DNA of 64,000 nt from an uncultured delta proteobacterium (GCA_963796055.1 CAWCKH010000004.1:2592001-2656000), one strand, 5' to 3'; numbered from the stretch's first letter, positions 1 to 9,215 are shown. Made by a program: numbers and translations. Notes: generated by a model from the letters alone, not told the origin.

Positions 1-386
1 GTGTTCAGCTTGAGCAGCGCGCAGTCGGTCTGCGGGTCCGAGCCCACCAGCGTGGCCGGGACCTCCTCGGGCCAGCCACGCGGGTCGAGCAGGGTGACGG
101 TGAAGCTCCTGGCATCCTCGATGACGTGCGCCGCGGTCAGCACGTAGCCGTCGGGCGAGATGATGAAGCCGGAGCCGATGCCCCGTTGCGGCTCACCGGA
201 GGGGTCGGGCTGCTCCTGGGTGGTGATGGAGACGACCGCGGGGATCGCCGCCCGGGCCACCTGGACCAGGGCCAATCGCTCCGCGCTGATCCGCCGCTGC
301 TTCGCCTCGTGCGCTGCCGCCCGCGCGGTCGCTGGTGTTGCCAGCAGCACCCATGCGGTCATCCACACCGCCCACGCCCGACCCAT
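1..386 (-). CDS. HtrA/DegP-family trypsin-like serine protease, N-terminal part (runs off window)
   Basis: Manual translation from ATG at 386 gives MGRAWAVWMTAWVLLA...PAVVSITT...GIGSGFIISPDGYVLTAAHVI...GSDPQTDCALLKL: signal peptide, the GSGFII and TAAHV motifs, and the catalytic Asp region. Confidence 0.9.
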   Translation of the reverse strand, partial: MGRAWAVWMTAWVLLATPATARAAAHEAKQRRISAERLALVQVARAAIPAVVSITTQEQPDPSGEPQRGIGSGFIISPDGYVLTAAHVIEDARSFTVTLLDPRGWPEEVPATLVGSDPQTDCALLKLN

Positions 387-456
387 CGCCTGCCCCCGAC
401 CGCCGCCCTCCCCACGAACGTAGGGTGGAGTGGACGGCGGCGGTAGCCCCGGGTGT

Positions 457-729
457 TCAGTGGCTGCTGCGCTTGGCGATGATCCGGTCCAGCGCGGCGC
501 GATCCTCGTCGCTGTGCCGCTCCCGTGGCTTCTGTGGCTGCCCCAGTGCACCGCGCGCATGGTCCACGGCATCGTCCGCCCGGTCGCGGAGCCAGTCGCC
601 CGCCTCGCTCCTCGCCCACGCTGTCCGGGCATACGCCAGGGGCGTCCTTCCCCCGATCTCCACCGTCGCCAGCCCGACGCCCAGCCCCACCGCCGTCGCC
701 GTCCACACGCAGGACCGAATGAAGCCCAT
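457..729 (-). CDS. Small hypothetical protein with hydrophobic N-terminus
   Basis: 90-aa ORF with ATG start and protein-like composition, co-oriented with the protease. Confidence 0.65.
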   Translation of the reverse strand: MGFIRSCVWTATAVGLGVGLATVEIGGRTPLAYARTAWARSEAGDWLRDRADDAVDHARGALGQPQKPRERHSDEDRAALDRIIAKRSSH

Positions 730-955
730 GGGAACCTCCCGGCGAGTGTCTTACATCGACATACTTCAGCCCACAAAGAACCGTCCATCCACGTCTTCCC
801 CGATCACAGACCCCGGGACTGGTGCTTCGTTTCCGGAGGAACTCCAGGGAGTTGACGCATCCGGGTGGCGGGCAGCAGGGACCCGGGGCTCCCCGGGGAG
901 CTCGGCGCGGGACCCCTTCCCCGGGGCCGGCGAATCGGGCAGTGACAGGGCGCTC

Positions 956-2008
956 GTGACCCCGGACCAGGCCTTCGCCGCAGCACTGGATCGGGCCCGC
1001 GCGCTGGGCCCGCCCCCGCCCGGTTCCGGGCCGCTGGACGCCTTCCGCAGCGAGAGCACCGAGTGGCTGGCCCGCATTCCCGAGCCCCCGCTCTATCCCC
1101 GCGCGGGAGATCCGGCGCGGGCCCGCGCGGCGGAGCTACTCGAGGAGGGGATCGGCCTGCTCGGGCGCGGCTTGGCGCTCCAGCACGCCTCCCGGCTCGC
1201 GGACGCCGACCTGCCGCTGGTCCGCGCGGTCCAGGCGCACGCCGAGGCGCTGGCCGCCACCACCGAGGGGCGCATCGCGCAGGCGGAGGAGGCCTGGGCC
1301 CGCGCCAGCCTCCTCGAGCGGGACAGCCGCACCCGCCGCCGGGCCTGGGTGCGGGAGGACGAGCTGGAACGGCCGGTGTGGGACCCCCAGCGGCGGCTCT
1401 CCCGCTACGACCCGCGGCCGGCACCCACGGTGCGCGCCCGCATCGCCTGTGCCCACACCGGCTGCCGCGCCGAGCAGGAGGTCAGCTTCCCGCCGAGCTA
1501 CGCGCTGCACGCCTTCACCTGCGTCCGTTGCCGGCAGCCCTTCTCCGCCTACCTGGCCGAGTCGCGCGAGGTCCGCTCGATGGCTGCCCCGTTCGGACGC
1601 CGGCTCTCCTTCCGCCTCGAGCCGCTCGGCGGCGGCGGCTCGCGGGTGGAGTTCGACGACGGCTCCCCGGAGCCGTTCCACGCCGCCCGTGGGGACCTCC
1701 TCGCCTTCCTCTACACCGAGGGCCCGGTGCTGCGGGGCGTCACCAACCTCTCCTCGGGCCGGACGCTGTGGCGCCGCCGGACCGGCCCGTGCTGGATCGC
1801 CACGCAGGCCTACGGCGTGGGTGCGGTGGAGCTGGACGTCCTGCGGACCTGGCGCGACGAGGTGCTGCTGCCGACGAGGATGGGCCGGGCCGCCGTCGCG
1901 TGTTACGACCGGTGCTCACCCTGGGTGGTGCGGTGGCTCGAGCATCGCCCCCGCACCCGGGCCTGGGTGCGGCGGAGGCTGGACGCGCTGGTGCGGAGGA
2001 TCGCGTGA
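956..2008 (+). CDS. CFI-box-CTERM domain protein with internal Zn-ribbon
   Basis: GTG start at 956; C-terminal CWIATQAYG...LDVLRTWRDEVLL...GRAAVACYDRCSP matches the CFI-box-CTERM pattern; CAHTGC...CVRC Zn knuckles. Confidence 0.75.
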   Translation: MTPDQAFAAALDRARALGPPPPGSGPLDAFRSESTEWLARIPEPPLYPRAGDPARARAAELLEEGIGLLGRGLALQHASRLADADLPLVRAVQAHAEALAATTEGRIAQAEEAWARASLLERDSRTRRRAWVREDELERPVWDPQRRLSRYDPRPAPTVRARIACAHTGCRAEQEVSFPPSYALHAFTCVRCRQPFSAYLAESREVRSMAAPFGRRLSFRLEPLGGGGSRVEFDDGSPEPFHAARGDLLAFLYTEGPVLRGVTNLSSGRTLWRRRTGPCWIATQAYGVGAVELDVLRTWRDEVLLPTRMGRAAVACYDRCSPWVVRWLEHRPRTRAWVRRRLDALVRRIA

Positions 2009-2595
2009 CGACGGACGGAGGATCGGAGGAGACCGCGGGCGAGCTGGCAGGGCCGGTCCCGCGGCGCTTCCCGGTGCTCCCGGTGGTGTTGCTCGCCCTC
2101 GGCATCGCCGGGCTGCTCTGGTCCGGCATCCAGGAGGCGCGCAGCTCCCGCCCGGTCGAGGCGGGGCAGCGGGTGGCTCCGCCCTTCCGCCTGGAGCGCT
2201 TCGGGGGTGGATCGATCAGCTCCTCCGAGCTCCGGGGCAAGGTGGTGATGCTCGACTTCTGGGCGACCTGGTGCGGGCCGTGCATCGCCGAGATGCCCAC
2301 CCTGCTGAAGCTCGCATCCGAGTACGAGCCCCGCGGCGTGGTGTTCCTGGCCGCCAGCCGCGACGACCCGAGCGTCGCCAAGGTTCAGGTGGGGATGTTC
2401 ATCGACCAGCGGGCCCCGTCACTGTCCCGTTACGCCGCCTTCGCCGACGACGGCACCGCGGACGCCTACTCGGTCTCGGCCATCCCCACGATGGTGCTCA
2501 TCGATCGCAAGGGGCAGCTCCACGCGAGCTACCTGGGCGCGGCGAGCGAGCGCACCTGGCGCGCCCGGATCGAGGCGGTGCTGGCCCGGGACTGA
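2005..2595 (+). CDS. Membrane-anchored TlpA/ResA-family thiol-disulfide oxidoreductase
   Basis: N-terminal TM helix and DFWATWCGPC motif; GTGA overlap with upstream stop. Confidence 0.92.
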   Translation: MTTDGGSEETAGELAGPVPRRFPVLPVVLLALGIAGLLWSGIQEARSSRPVEAGQRVAPPFRLERFGGGSISSSELRGKVVMLDFWATWCGPCIAEMPTLLKLASEYEPRGVVFLAASRDDPSVAKVQVGMFIDQRAPSLSRYAAFADDGTADAYSVSAIPTMVLIDRKGQLHASYLGAASERTWRARIEAVLARD

Positions 2596-2598
2596 GAG

Positions 2599-3672
2599 CT
2601 AGAGCGCCGAGACCCGCGTCCCGCCGGTCATCATCTGCCGCATCCCGGGCTCGAAGAAGTGGTAGGGGTGCACGGTCTCGGGGCGGGTCACCTCGTCGAG
2701 CTTCCTGCGGAGCGGCTCGGGCAGCTCGAAGGAGAGCGCGGCGAGGTTGTCCTCGAGCTGGGACGGCTTGCTCGCCCCGATGATGGTCGAGGCCACCCCG
2801 GGACGGTGCGCGACCCAGTTCAGCGCCACCTGCGCCGGCGACCGCCCGACCTCGGCCGCCACCGCCACCAGCACGTCGACGATCTGCCAGTTCCGCTCGG
2901 TGAAGAGCTTCAGAAAGCCGGGGTTCCCGGACTGCTGCACGGCTCCGAGCCGGCCCTGGCCCTCGAGCGACCGGTCGCGCCGGTACTTGCCACTGAGCAT
3001 CCCGCTCGCCAGCGGGCTCCACGGGCAGATGCCCACTCCGAGGGCGAGCGCCGCCGGCACGTGCTCGCGCTCGATGTTGCGCTCCACCAGCGAGTACTCC
3101 AGCTGCAGCGCGCAGACCGGCTCCCAGCCGCGGAACTCGGCGATGGTCTGGGCGCGGGCCAGGTACCAGGCCGGCACGTCGGAGAAGCCCACCGCCCGGA
3201 TCTTCCCCGCGCGCACCAGGGCGTCGAGCGTGGACAGCACCTCCTCCATCGGGGTCAGCCCGTCCCAGGCATGCATCCAGTACAGGTCGATGCAGTCGGT
3301 CTGGAGCCGCCGGAGCGAGGCATCGAGCGCGCGGTGGATGTTCTTCCGACCGTTTCCACCGGCGTTGGGGTTCCCCGGCTCGGCGCCAAAGGTGAACTTC
3401 GTCGCCAGCACCACCCGGTCCCGGTTCCCCCGGTCGCGGATGAACTTCCCCACCAGCGTCTCGCTCGTCCCCCCGGTGTAGCCGTCCGCGGTGTCGACGA
3501 AGTTCCCGCCCGCGTCGAGGTAGCGGTCGAAGATCTCCCGGGCCGCCGACTCCGGCGACCCCCAGCCCCACTCGGTGCCGAAGGTCATCGTTCCGAGGCA
3601 GAGGCGGGAGACGCGCAGGCCACTGCGGCCGAGGAGCACGTAGTCGTCGAGGCGGGGAGCAGCGTCGGGCAT
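2599..3672 (-). CDS. Aldo/keto reductase
   Basis: LGRSGLRVSRLCLGTMTFG, DTADGY, LATKF, IDLYWMH and PWSPLASG motifs; start trimmed to ATG 3672. Confidence 0.95.
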   Translation of the reverse strand: MPDAAPRLDDYVLLGRSGLRVSRLCLGTMTFGTEWGWGSPESAAREIFDRYLDAGGNFVDTADGYTGGTSETLVGKFIRDRGNRDRVVLATKFTFGAEPGNPNAGGNGRKNIHRALDASLRRLQTDCIDLYWMHAWDGLTPMEEVLSTLDALVRAGKIRAVGFSDVPAWYLARAQTIAEFRGWEPVCALQLEYSLVERNIEREHVPAALALGVGICPWSPLASGMLSGKYRRDRSLEGQGRLGAVQQSGNPGFLKLFTERNWQIVDVLVAVAAEVGRSPAQVALNWVAHRPGVASTIIGASKPSQLEDNLAALSFELPEPLRRKLDEVTRPETVHPYHFFEPGMRQMMTGGTRVSAL

Positions 3673-3728
3673 GGCGAACCTCCAGCGGGAAGCCCTCCCG
3701 GCATAACGCGGCCCGGGGCCGCGCAGCA

Positions 3729-5354
3729 TCACTTCGTCGGCTTGGCGGCCGGTTCGTCCTCGACCAGCCGGAACTCGACCCGGCGGTTCTTCGCCCGTCC
3801 GAGCGCGGTGGCGTTGTCGGCGATCGGCCGCTCGAAGCCGTAGCCGGCGCTGAGCAGCCGCTTGCGGGCGATGCCATGCTGGACCAGGTACTCGACCACC
3901 GAGGCGGCGCGCCGGCGCGAGAGGTCGAGGTTGTACGGCGCCGTCCCGCGGTTGTCGGTGTGCCCCTCGACCTGCACGTGCTTCAGCTGCGGGTTCTTGG
4001 AGAGAACGCCCACCACCTCGTCGAGCAGCGGGAAGGACTCGGGCTTGATGATCGCCTTGTCGGTGTCGAAGTGGACGCTGCCGCGCAGCCGGACGCGATC
4101 CGACTCCAGCGTCACCAGCGGACCGGTCACCGGACAGCCGTCGTTCTCGGCCGGGCCGGGCTGATCGGGGCACTTGTCCTCGGGGTCGGGGATGCCGTCC
4201 AGGTCGCGGTCGGGGCATCCGTCGAGCTCCATGGTGCCCGGCTCGCGCGGGCAGCGATCGTCGACGTTGGGGATGCCGTCCTTGTCCCAGTCCAGGTCGG
4301 GGCAGCCGTCGGGTCCGTCGCCGGGCTCGTCCGGGCAGCGGTCCCGCTCGTCCGGCACCCCGTCGTGGTCGCGGTCCTTGAGCGGCACCGGCGGCGGCTC
4401 GGGCTCGACCTCGTAGCGCACCGAGGCGAGCATCCGGAACGCCTCGCGGCCGTAGCCGGCGGTGCTGGCCACGCCCCGCCCCACGGCGACCTCCCCGCCC
4501 CAGTGCTTGCCGAACAGCGTGCGCGCCCCGAGGAGCCACTCCCAGGGCGTGGTGGCGGAGGCGCTGGTGGTCCCGACGTTGCTGGCGAACGGCTGGGAGA
4601 GCGGGGTGGAGAAGGTGGTCTCGACGATGAGCTCGGGTCGCCGGAAGACGCTGCCGGTGGGCAGGGTCCAGATGACGGCGCCGCCGCCGGTGAGCTCGTT
4701 CTCGACGATGAGCTGGAGGAAGCGGGCGGTGGTCCGGTATCGGAGCCCGAGGTTGAGCAGCAGGCGTACCGGGCCGAAGGCGTGCTCGAGGTTGGCCCGC
4801 GGCGCGAAGATGAAGTCCCGTCCGCCGAGGAAGCTGTCGGCGCTCCCGGTGGGGAAGCGCAGCTCGGGGACGATGGCGACGTCGACGGGCCACTTCCAGC
4901 TCGCCGGGGTGAAGAGACGGGGGACGAGGCGGATGTCCCCGAGGCCGCCCGAGACTGGTGTGGACACCGGAGGCCCGAACGCGCCGGCGATGGCCTCGAA
5001 GTTGTCGCCCTGGGCAAAGGTGACCTGGAAGTCGCCGCCAAGCTCGAGGAACGGGAGCAGCGTCCAGGCGCCGAGCAGGTGCCCGTCCACTCGCCAGGGG
5101 ATGAAGTTGCCCTTCTTCTGGTCTCCGTCCCGGTAGGCGAGGATCTGCACGTTCCAGTCCAGGAGCAGCTCAGCGTGCCAGCTGCCGGCCGGGGCCGCCC
5201 GCGCGCCCTCCACGACGAAGGCCGACAGCGACAGCGGACTTGCCTTCTGGGGTACGGCGTCGAACCCGCGCACGAAGGGATCCGGCAGCTGGGCAGCCGC
5301 GGGCGCCGCCAGCAGGATGGCGACGAGTCCGGCCGTGAGCGCGGCGCCCCTCAT
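3729..5354 (-). CDS. OmpA-family outer membrane protein (beta-barrel + thrombospondin type-3 repeats + OmpA C-terminal domain)
   Basis: Signal peptide; DxDxDGxPDxxDxCP repeats; VEGHTD...NLDLSRRRAASV...NRRVEF. Confidence 0.92.
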   Translation of the reverse strand: MRGAALTAGLVAILLAAPAAAQLPDPFVRGFDAVPQKASPLSLSAFVVEGARAAPAGSWHAELLLDWNVQILAYRDGDQKKGNFIPWRVDGHLLGAWTLLPFLELGGDFQVTFAQGDNFEAIAGAFGPPVSTPVSGGLGDIRLVPRLFTPASWKWPVDVAIVPELRFPTGSADSFLGGRDFIFAPRANLEHAFGPVRLLLNLGLRYRTTARFLQLIVENELTGGGAVIWTLPTGSVFRRPELIVETTFSTPLSQPFASNVGTTSASATTPWEWLLGARTLFGKHWGGEVAVGRGVASTAGYGREAFRMLASVRYEVEPEPPPVPLKDRDHDGVPDERDRCPDEPGDGPDGCPDLDWDKDGIPNVDDRCPREPGTMELDGCPDRDLDGIPDPEDKCPDQPGPAENDGCPVTGPLVTLESDRVRLRGSVHFDTDKAIIKPESFPLLDEVVGVLSKNPQLKHVQVEGHTDNRGTAPYNLDLSRRRAASVVEYLVQHGIARKRLLSAGYGFERPIADNATALGRAKNRRVEFRLVEDEPAAKPTK

Positions 5355-5434
5355 TCCAGCCAAGGGTTACCGCAACTCGACGCACTTCCCGAAAAAACGG
5401 CCACTTGCTTGGTGGGCGTGACACCCACCTCCGG

Positions 5435-5462
5435 TTGACCCCGGCAGGCCAGCGGTTAGTGT
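5435..5462 (+). promoter_or_regulatory. Putative sigma70-type promoter of ssrA
   Basis: TTGACC (5435-5440), 16-nt spacer, TAGTGT (5457-5462), 14 nt upstream of the tmRNA 5' end. Confidence 0.4.
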
Positions 5463-7189
5463 GAATGCTGCTGAAGGGGGCGCCCTGGTTTCGACGGGGG
5501 CACAGAAGCCCTTGGACGCGTGCCGAGTGGGCCTGACACTCGTAAATCACGAAGGCAACGACACAAAAGCCAACGACAACGTTGAGCTCGCGCTGGCTGC
5601 TTAAACAGTCCTAGTGCGCGGTCATCCGGGTCTCCGCCCGTGGGCTCGGGAATGACCGTCAGAATGCGGGCTGGCCGTCCGGGAGGGCCCGGACCCTGGA
5701 CGGCGAGACTGTTCCGGGATGGGGTAGATGGAAGGGTGTCCGTGCCCGTCCTCCGCCCGACTCCAAATCGCGGACTACGCACGTAGGGTCTCGGGGTGGA
5801 AGGCTTCCGGACGCGGGTTCGATTCCCGCCGCCTCCATGGTTGTTTTTCGCGTGAAGCCCTCGAAACTCCTCGAGGTCGGTCACCTGCGCGGTCGACTGT
5901 AGTACGGGCTGTAGTAAGAGCTCGACGTTCGCCTCGGGCGCGGTTGGGCTCGGCAGTCGTGCCAGCGGTGGTGTCGGGGCGTCCTCCAAGGCCAGGAGCA
6001 GGACAGTGCTGCAGAGCGATGGCCAGGTGGCGCTGAAGTACCCCCCGCGCGCGTCGCTGTGCTCAGGCGGACCGTGGGTAATCCAGTCGAGGAAGCGCTC
6101 CTGTGCCCCCCTTGCCAGGCAGAGGGTGCGAAACGTCCGGCGGGTGTCGTGGAAGCGGCGGCGACGGACGCCGAGCCGGTCCGAGTCCTCGTGGAAGCGC
6201 TTGAGGGCCTGGCTCGTCGTGCGGTGCTTGGCCTCGCGCGACGGGATGAGCAGGTCCGCCTCGGTGGGGTCTCGGCCGAGCATCCGCTTCCAACCCTGAG
6301 CCCGCCACTCGGCGAGGAGCGCCGCGAGTCGCGGGTGGACCGGGACGTCGCGCGGGTTTTCGGTCTTCACTTCCTTCACCCCGTGCGCCTTGGTGTCGTA
6401 CGAGTAGCCCACCAGGAGCCTGCCCAAGGGCTTCATGGTTGACTGGTAGGCGCTCCAGGTGAGCGCGGAGAGCTCTCCGAATCGCATCCCGGTGAAGAAG
6501 GCCAGCGCGTAGAGGACGCGGCGGTCCTCTGGAATGCGGGTGTCTTCCAAGAAAGCCCGCACCTCGTGGGGCTCGAAGAACGCCGTCTTGCGCCAGAGCG
6601 GATCCTTGTCGCGCTTCTTGGGGAGGAGTCCCGTCTTCCTGCGGAAGGTGCAGGGGTTGGCAGCGACCAGCCCTTCCTCCTCGGCGGCGAAGAACAGGCT
6701 CTTCAACGTGTTGTACACGTGGCGGACGGTTCTCGGGGCGAGCTCGTGCCGCCCGGGGCCGACCCGGTGCTTGAGCTGGATGAGAAGCTCTCGCACGTGG
6801 CTCGACTGGACCTCGGTGAGCCTGAGAGTGCCGAGCAGCGGGAGCACGTGCTTGGACAGCCGGCTCGCCTCGTCGTCGACGGACCGGATGCCCTCGGCGC
6901 GCCGCCCCTCAATCCAGCGCTCGAAGTAGCCGCCCACCGTCAGCTCGGAGGGGCGGAGCCGCGGAAGGCCTCGGGCTCGCACCTTCACCTGCTCCAGGAG
7001 CCGGCGCGCTTCTGCCTCCTGACCAATGGGAAGCCCTGTGGCCGAGTACGTCCAGCGTCCATCAGGCGCCTTGAAGCCAATCCACAGCTTCTGCCCCCTG
7101 CGGTAGACGGTGCCCTTCGCGGTCCTCGTTATCGGTGCACCCCCACTACAGCCGCCGCCTGTCGACGACACGGCGCTGGATGATGTCAC
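5456..7189 (-). CDS. int: Tyrosine recombinase/integrase, integrated-state form (C-terminus reads through att core and antisense of tmRNA)
   Basis: Catalytic set TGMRFGEL (R), FHDTRRTF (HxxR), WITHG, GGYF (Y); N-terminal GTVYRRGQKLWIGF arm-binding-like segment; only GTG starts (7189/7171), both inside the upstream gene. Confidence 0.9.
   Translation of the reverse strand: MTSSSAVSSTGGGCSGGAPITRTAKGTVYRRGQKLWIGFKAPDGRWTYSATGLPIGQEAEARRLLEQVKVRARGLPRLRPSELTVGGYFERWIEGRRAEGIRSVDDEASRLSKHVLPLLGTLRLTEVQSSHVRELLIQLKHRVGPGRHELAPRTVRHVYNTLKSLFFAAEEEGLVAANPCTFRRKTGLLPKKRDKDPLWRKTAFFEPHEVRAFLEDTRIPEDRRVLYALAFFTGMRFGELSALTWSAYQSTMKPLGRLLVGYSYDTKAHGVKEVKTENPRDVPVHPRLAALLAEWRAQGWKRMLGRDPTEADLLIPSREAKHRTTSQALKRFHEDSDRLGVRRRRFHDTRRTFRTLCLARGAQERFLDWITHGPPEHSDARGGYFSATWPSLCSTVLLLALEDAPTPPLARLPSPTAPEANVELLLQPVLQSTAQVTDLEEFRGLHAKNNHGGGGNRTRVRKPSTPRPYVRSPRFGVGRRTGTDTLPSTPSRNSLAVQGPGPPGRPARILTVIPEPTGGDPDDRALGLFKQPARAQRCRWLLCRCLRDLRVSGPLGTRPRASVPPSKPGRPLQQHSH
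5476..5837 (+). ncRNA. ssrA: tmRNA
   Basis: 5' GGGGGCG pairs with 3' CGCCTCC-A (Ala acceptor stem with G.U pair); T-arm GCGGG-TTCGATT-CCCGC; tag ORF 5569-5604 encodes ANDNVELALAA*. Confidence 0.97.
5898..5917. promoter_or_regulatory. Candidate integrase arm-type sites (left arm)
   Basis: TGTAGTACGG and TGTAGTAA in tandem about 60 bp inside the left core; exact inverse CCGTACTACA at 12948-12957 near the right core. Confidence 0.55.
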
Positions 7190-7505
7190 GGGCCCGTTCC
7201 TCGGTCGTCCTCACAGAGCGCCCGTCGGAGCTCACGGTGAGGAGCAGTTGTTCCAGCTCACGTCGGACGACACGGCGCGTGCGCCGCACGCCGGAGATTC
7301 TGAGGAGGCCTCGGTTCGCCCAGCGGCCGAGCGTGGATTTCGAGACGCCCGCCAGCGCCGCCGCGTCGTCGAGAGACAGCAGTTGGAGCGGGTCGGGTGG
7401 GGTCGTCCGAAGCGCGAGCTCCTCTCGCACCACCTGCCGCATCCGCTCCAGGACGAGCTGAAGGGCGAGCTGGACGGCATCCTCGCTGGGCGGGGCCGGC
7501 GTCAT
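7146..7505 (-). CDS. Excisionase-like HTH DNA-binding protein
   Basis: LLSLDDAAALAGVSKSTLGRWANRGLL fits the MerR/HTH_17 excisionase pattern; overlaps the int start. Confidence 0.8.
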   Translation of the reverse strand: MTPAPPSEDAVQLALQLVLERMRQVVREELALRTTPPDPLQLLSLDDAAALAGVSKSTLGRWANRGLLRISGVRRTRRVVRRELEQLLLTVSSDGRSVRTTEERARDIIQRRVVDRRRL

Positions 7506-7523
7506 CGAGGCTAGGAACCTTAT

Positions 7524-7545
7524 TGAGACTCACATGAGACTAACA
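7524..7545. promoter_or_regulatory. 11-bp tandem repeat upstream of xis/int (possible operator)
   Basis: TGAGACTCACA TGAGACTAACA in an AT-rich patch about 20 bp upstream of the xis start. Confidence 0.4.
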
Positions 7546-7609
7546 AAAGACCCGAGCGGCGACAAGGTGGCCCATCGAACGCTGCCGACAGGGGTGAGCC
7601 GGGCGGAGG

Positions 7610-7966
7610 TCAACGCCTGCCTGGCCTGGGGTGAGCGGCGGTCGTCGGGCGAGAGAGCCCGGGGCTCTTGCCCTGCCTGCGCGCACTGGAGGCCAGCTCC
7701 TCGTAGCGCCTATGCAGGAGCACCTGCAGGTACTCGAGGATGTTGAGACGCTGGGCGGCGGCGTCCCGCTTGAGCAGTTCGACGACGTAGGCCGGCAGCC
7801 GGAACCACGTGCGGAGCTGGGAGATGACTTCCCGGACCGCCTCGGCATTGTAGGGGAAGCCGAGGGCGGGACGGAGAACCTCCTGGACGAAGTGGGCGTC
7901 CTCGGGGGGAACCTTGACGTTCAGCTGACGCATCTCCTGGTCTGCAGGCATCGGTGTCTTGGCCAT
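7610..7966 (-). CDS. Hypothetical DNA-binding protein, possibly ribbon-helix-helix
   Basis: MRQLNVKVPPEDAHFVQEVL...NAEAVREVISQL resembles a beta-alpha-alpha pattern; co-oriented upstream of xis-int. Confidence 0.55.
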   Translation of the reverse strand: MAKTPMPADQEMRQLNVKVPPEDAHFVQEVLRPALGFPYNAEAVREVISQLRTWFRLPAYVVELLKRDAAAQRLNILEYLQVLLHRRYEELASSARRQGKSPGLSRPTTAAHPRPGRR

Positions 7967-8228
7967 GAGCAAGAGCATCGCACAAGAGTCCAACATGGGA
8001 TGCACTTAAAACTCGACCGAGGGGTGGCAACGGAGCTCCAGCTCGCGCCTCCCGCCGCGGACCAGGGGCCAGCGGCGTCGTGCCCGGTGGCCTTCTCCGT
8101 CGTCGCTCCGAGTCCCAGCTCGACCAACTTAACTGGCTCCACTGGCGGACAGTCAGCCCTGCTCACCCATCTCGCGACTCCGCAGTCACTACCCCGCCGG
8201 CCTTCGGTCACCCATCCCGCGGCTCTGC

Positions 8229-8279
8229 TGTCACCTATGTCCCCGGTCTGATCTGTCACCCATGTATCCGGTCCGTACC
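8229..8279. mobile_element. IS481-family terminal remnant
   Basis: TGTCACCTATGTCCCCGGTCTGATCTGTCACCCATGTATCCGGTCCGTAC shows the duplicated TGTCACCYATGT..CCGG unit typical of IS481 ends; no transposase nearby. Confidence 0.55.
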
Positions 8280-8415
8280 GTCCGTACCCTCGCCCGCCCA
8301 TTCTCCAACTCATACACTCCTTCCCATCTCCTCTTTGCCTTCACACTCATCCGGACTCCACTGATGAGGTCTCTTCGCCCTCGCCCACCCCGTCGAATTT
8401 CAGGGGTACCCCCAA

Positions 8416-8466
8416 GTTTCCCGTCCACGCCCTCATCTCATCGTTGCGAGGGCGTGGACGGGAAAC
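8416..8466. repeat. Perfect 19-bp inverted repeat with 13-nt loop
   Basis: GTTTCCCGTCCACGCCCTC (8416-8434) / GAGGGCGTGGACGGGAAAC (8448-8466). Confidence 0.9.
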
Positions 8467-8799
8467 GCAGGGGGACTCCCGATGATGCAGCCGAACCGGG
8501 GTGGGCGAGGGCGGAAGGGCGCGACATGCCGGACGACGGCTGCTCGAATCCGCCCTGCATCCCGCCCGGGAAGCGGCCCGACAATGCGCCCGATCCAGGA
8601 GCGTCTTGTGGAGCGTATTTCCGAGCGCATTCGAGAGCCATTTCGAGTTCGAAGATGGCGGTCCCGCAATCGATTGCGGGAGCTGGTTTTCAGCGTTCCA
8701 GGGCCTGGAGCAGCGTCCGGAGCTTCCCGGCAACTACGCTGCGCTCGCTGTGACCTCCGCCTTGGGGAGTGACGGAAACGGTCAGACGCCCCCGTCGGG

Positions 8800-8880
8800 G
8801 CACCGACGCGGTGACCGGCACCTTCACCCTCCTAGGTCTCACCGTGCAGACCGATGCGCTGACCGAGTTCAAGGACTTCC
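8800..8880 (+). pseudogene. DUF5666-like gene fragment
   Basis: DAVTGTFTLLGLTVQTDALTEFKD resembles the DUF5666 repeat; no intact surrounding ORF. Confidence 0.4.
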
Positions 8881-9215
8881 ACGGCGACCCATCGATCTCC
8901 AGCACCTCGACGGGCCGGTCGCCGTACGCCGCGCGCTGGGCCGGGCCGGGACGTTGGTGATCGCCTCGCGACTGAGCGAACCGACGACACCCGGATCGAG
9001 ATTCGGGGACCCGCCTCGTCGAAGGATGCGGCCGCGCTCCGCCTGGTCCTCCTGGGGATGCAGGTGAACACGTCCGGAGCGGAATTCGAGGGGTCAAGGA
9101 ACGAGCAGCAAGCCATTTCGGAACCTCGTCACCTCGCTTGCTTCATGCGACCGCACGAACTCCAGTCAGTCGCGAACGGGCCTGGTCTACTCCGTAACTA
9201 CGGCGCCCCGCGGGC

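Noticed and set aside
730..955. Possible ncRNA in GC-rich intergenic stretch
   Set aside because: No recognisable family motif; more simply a divergent promoter region.
2599..4893. 764-aa extended aldo/keto reductase
   Set aside because: The extension overlaps the OmpA gene in another frame; the real start is ATG 3672.
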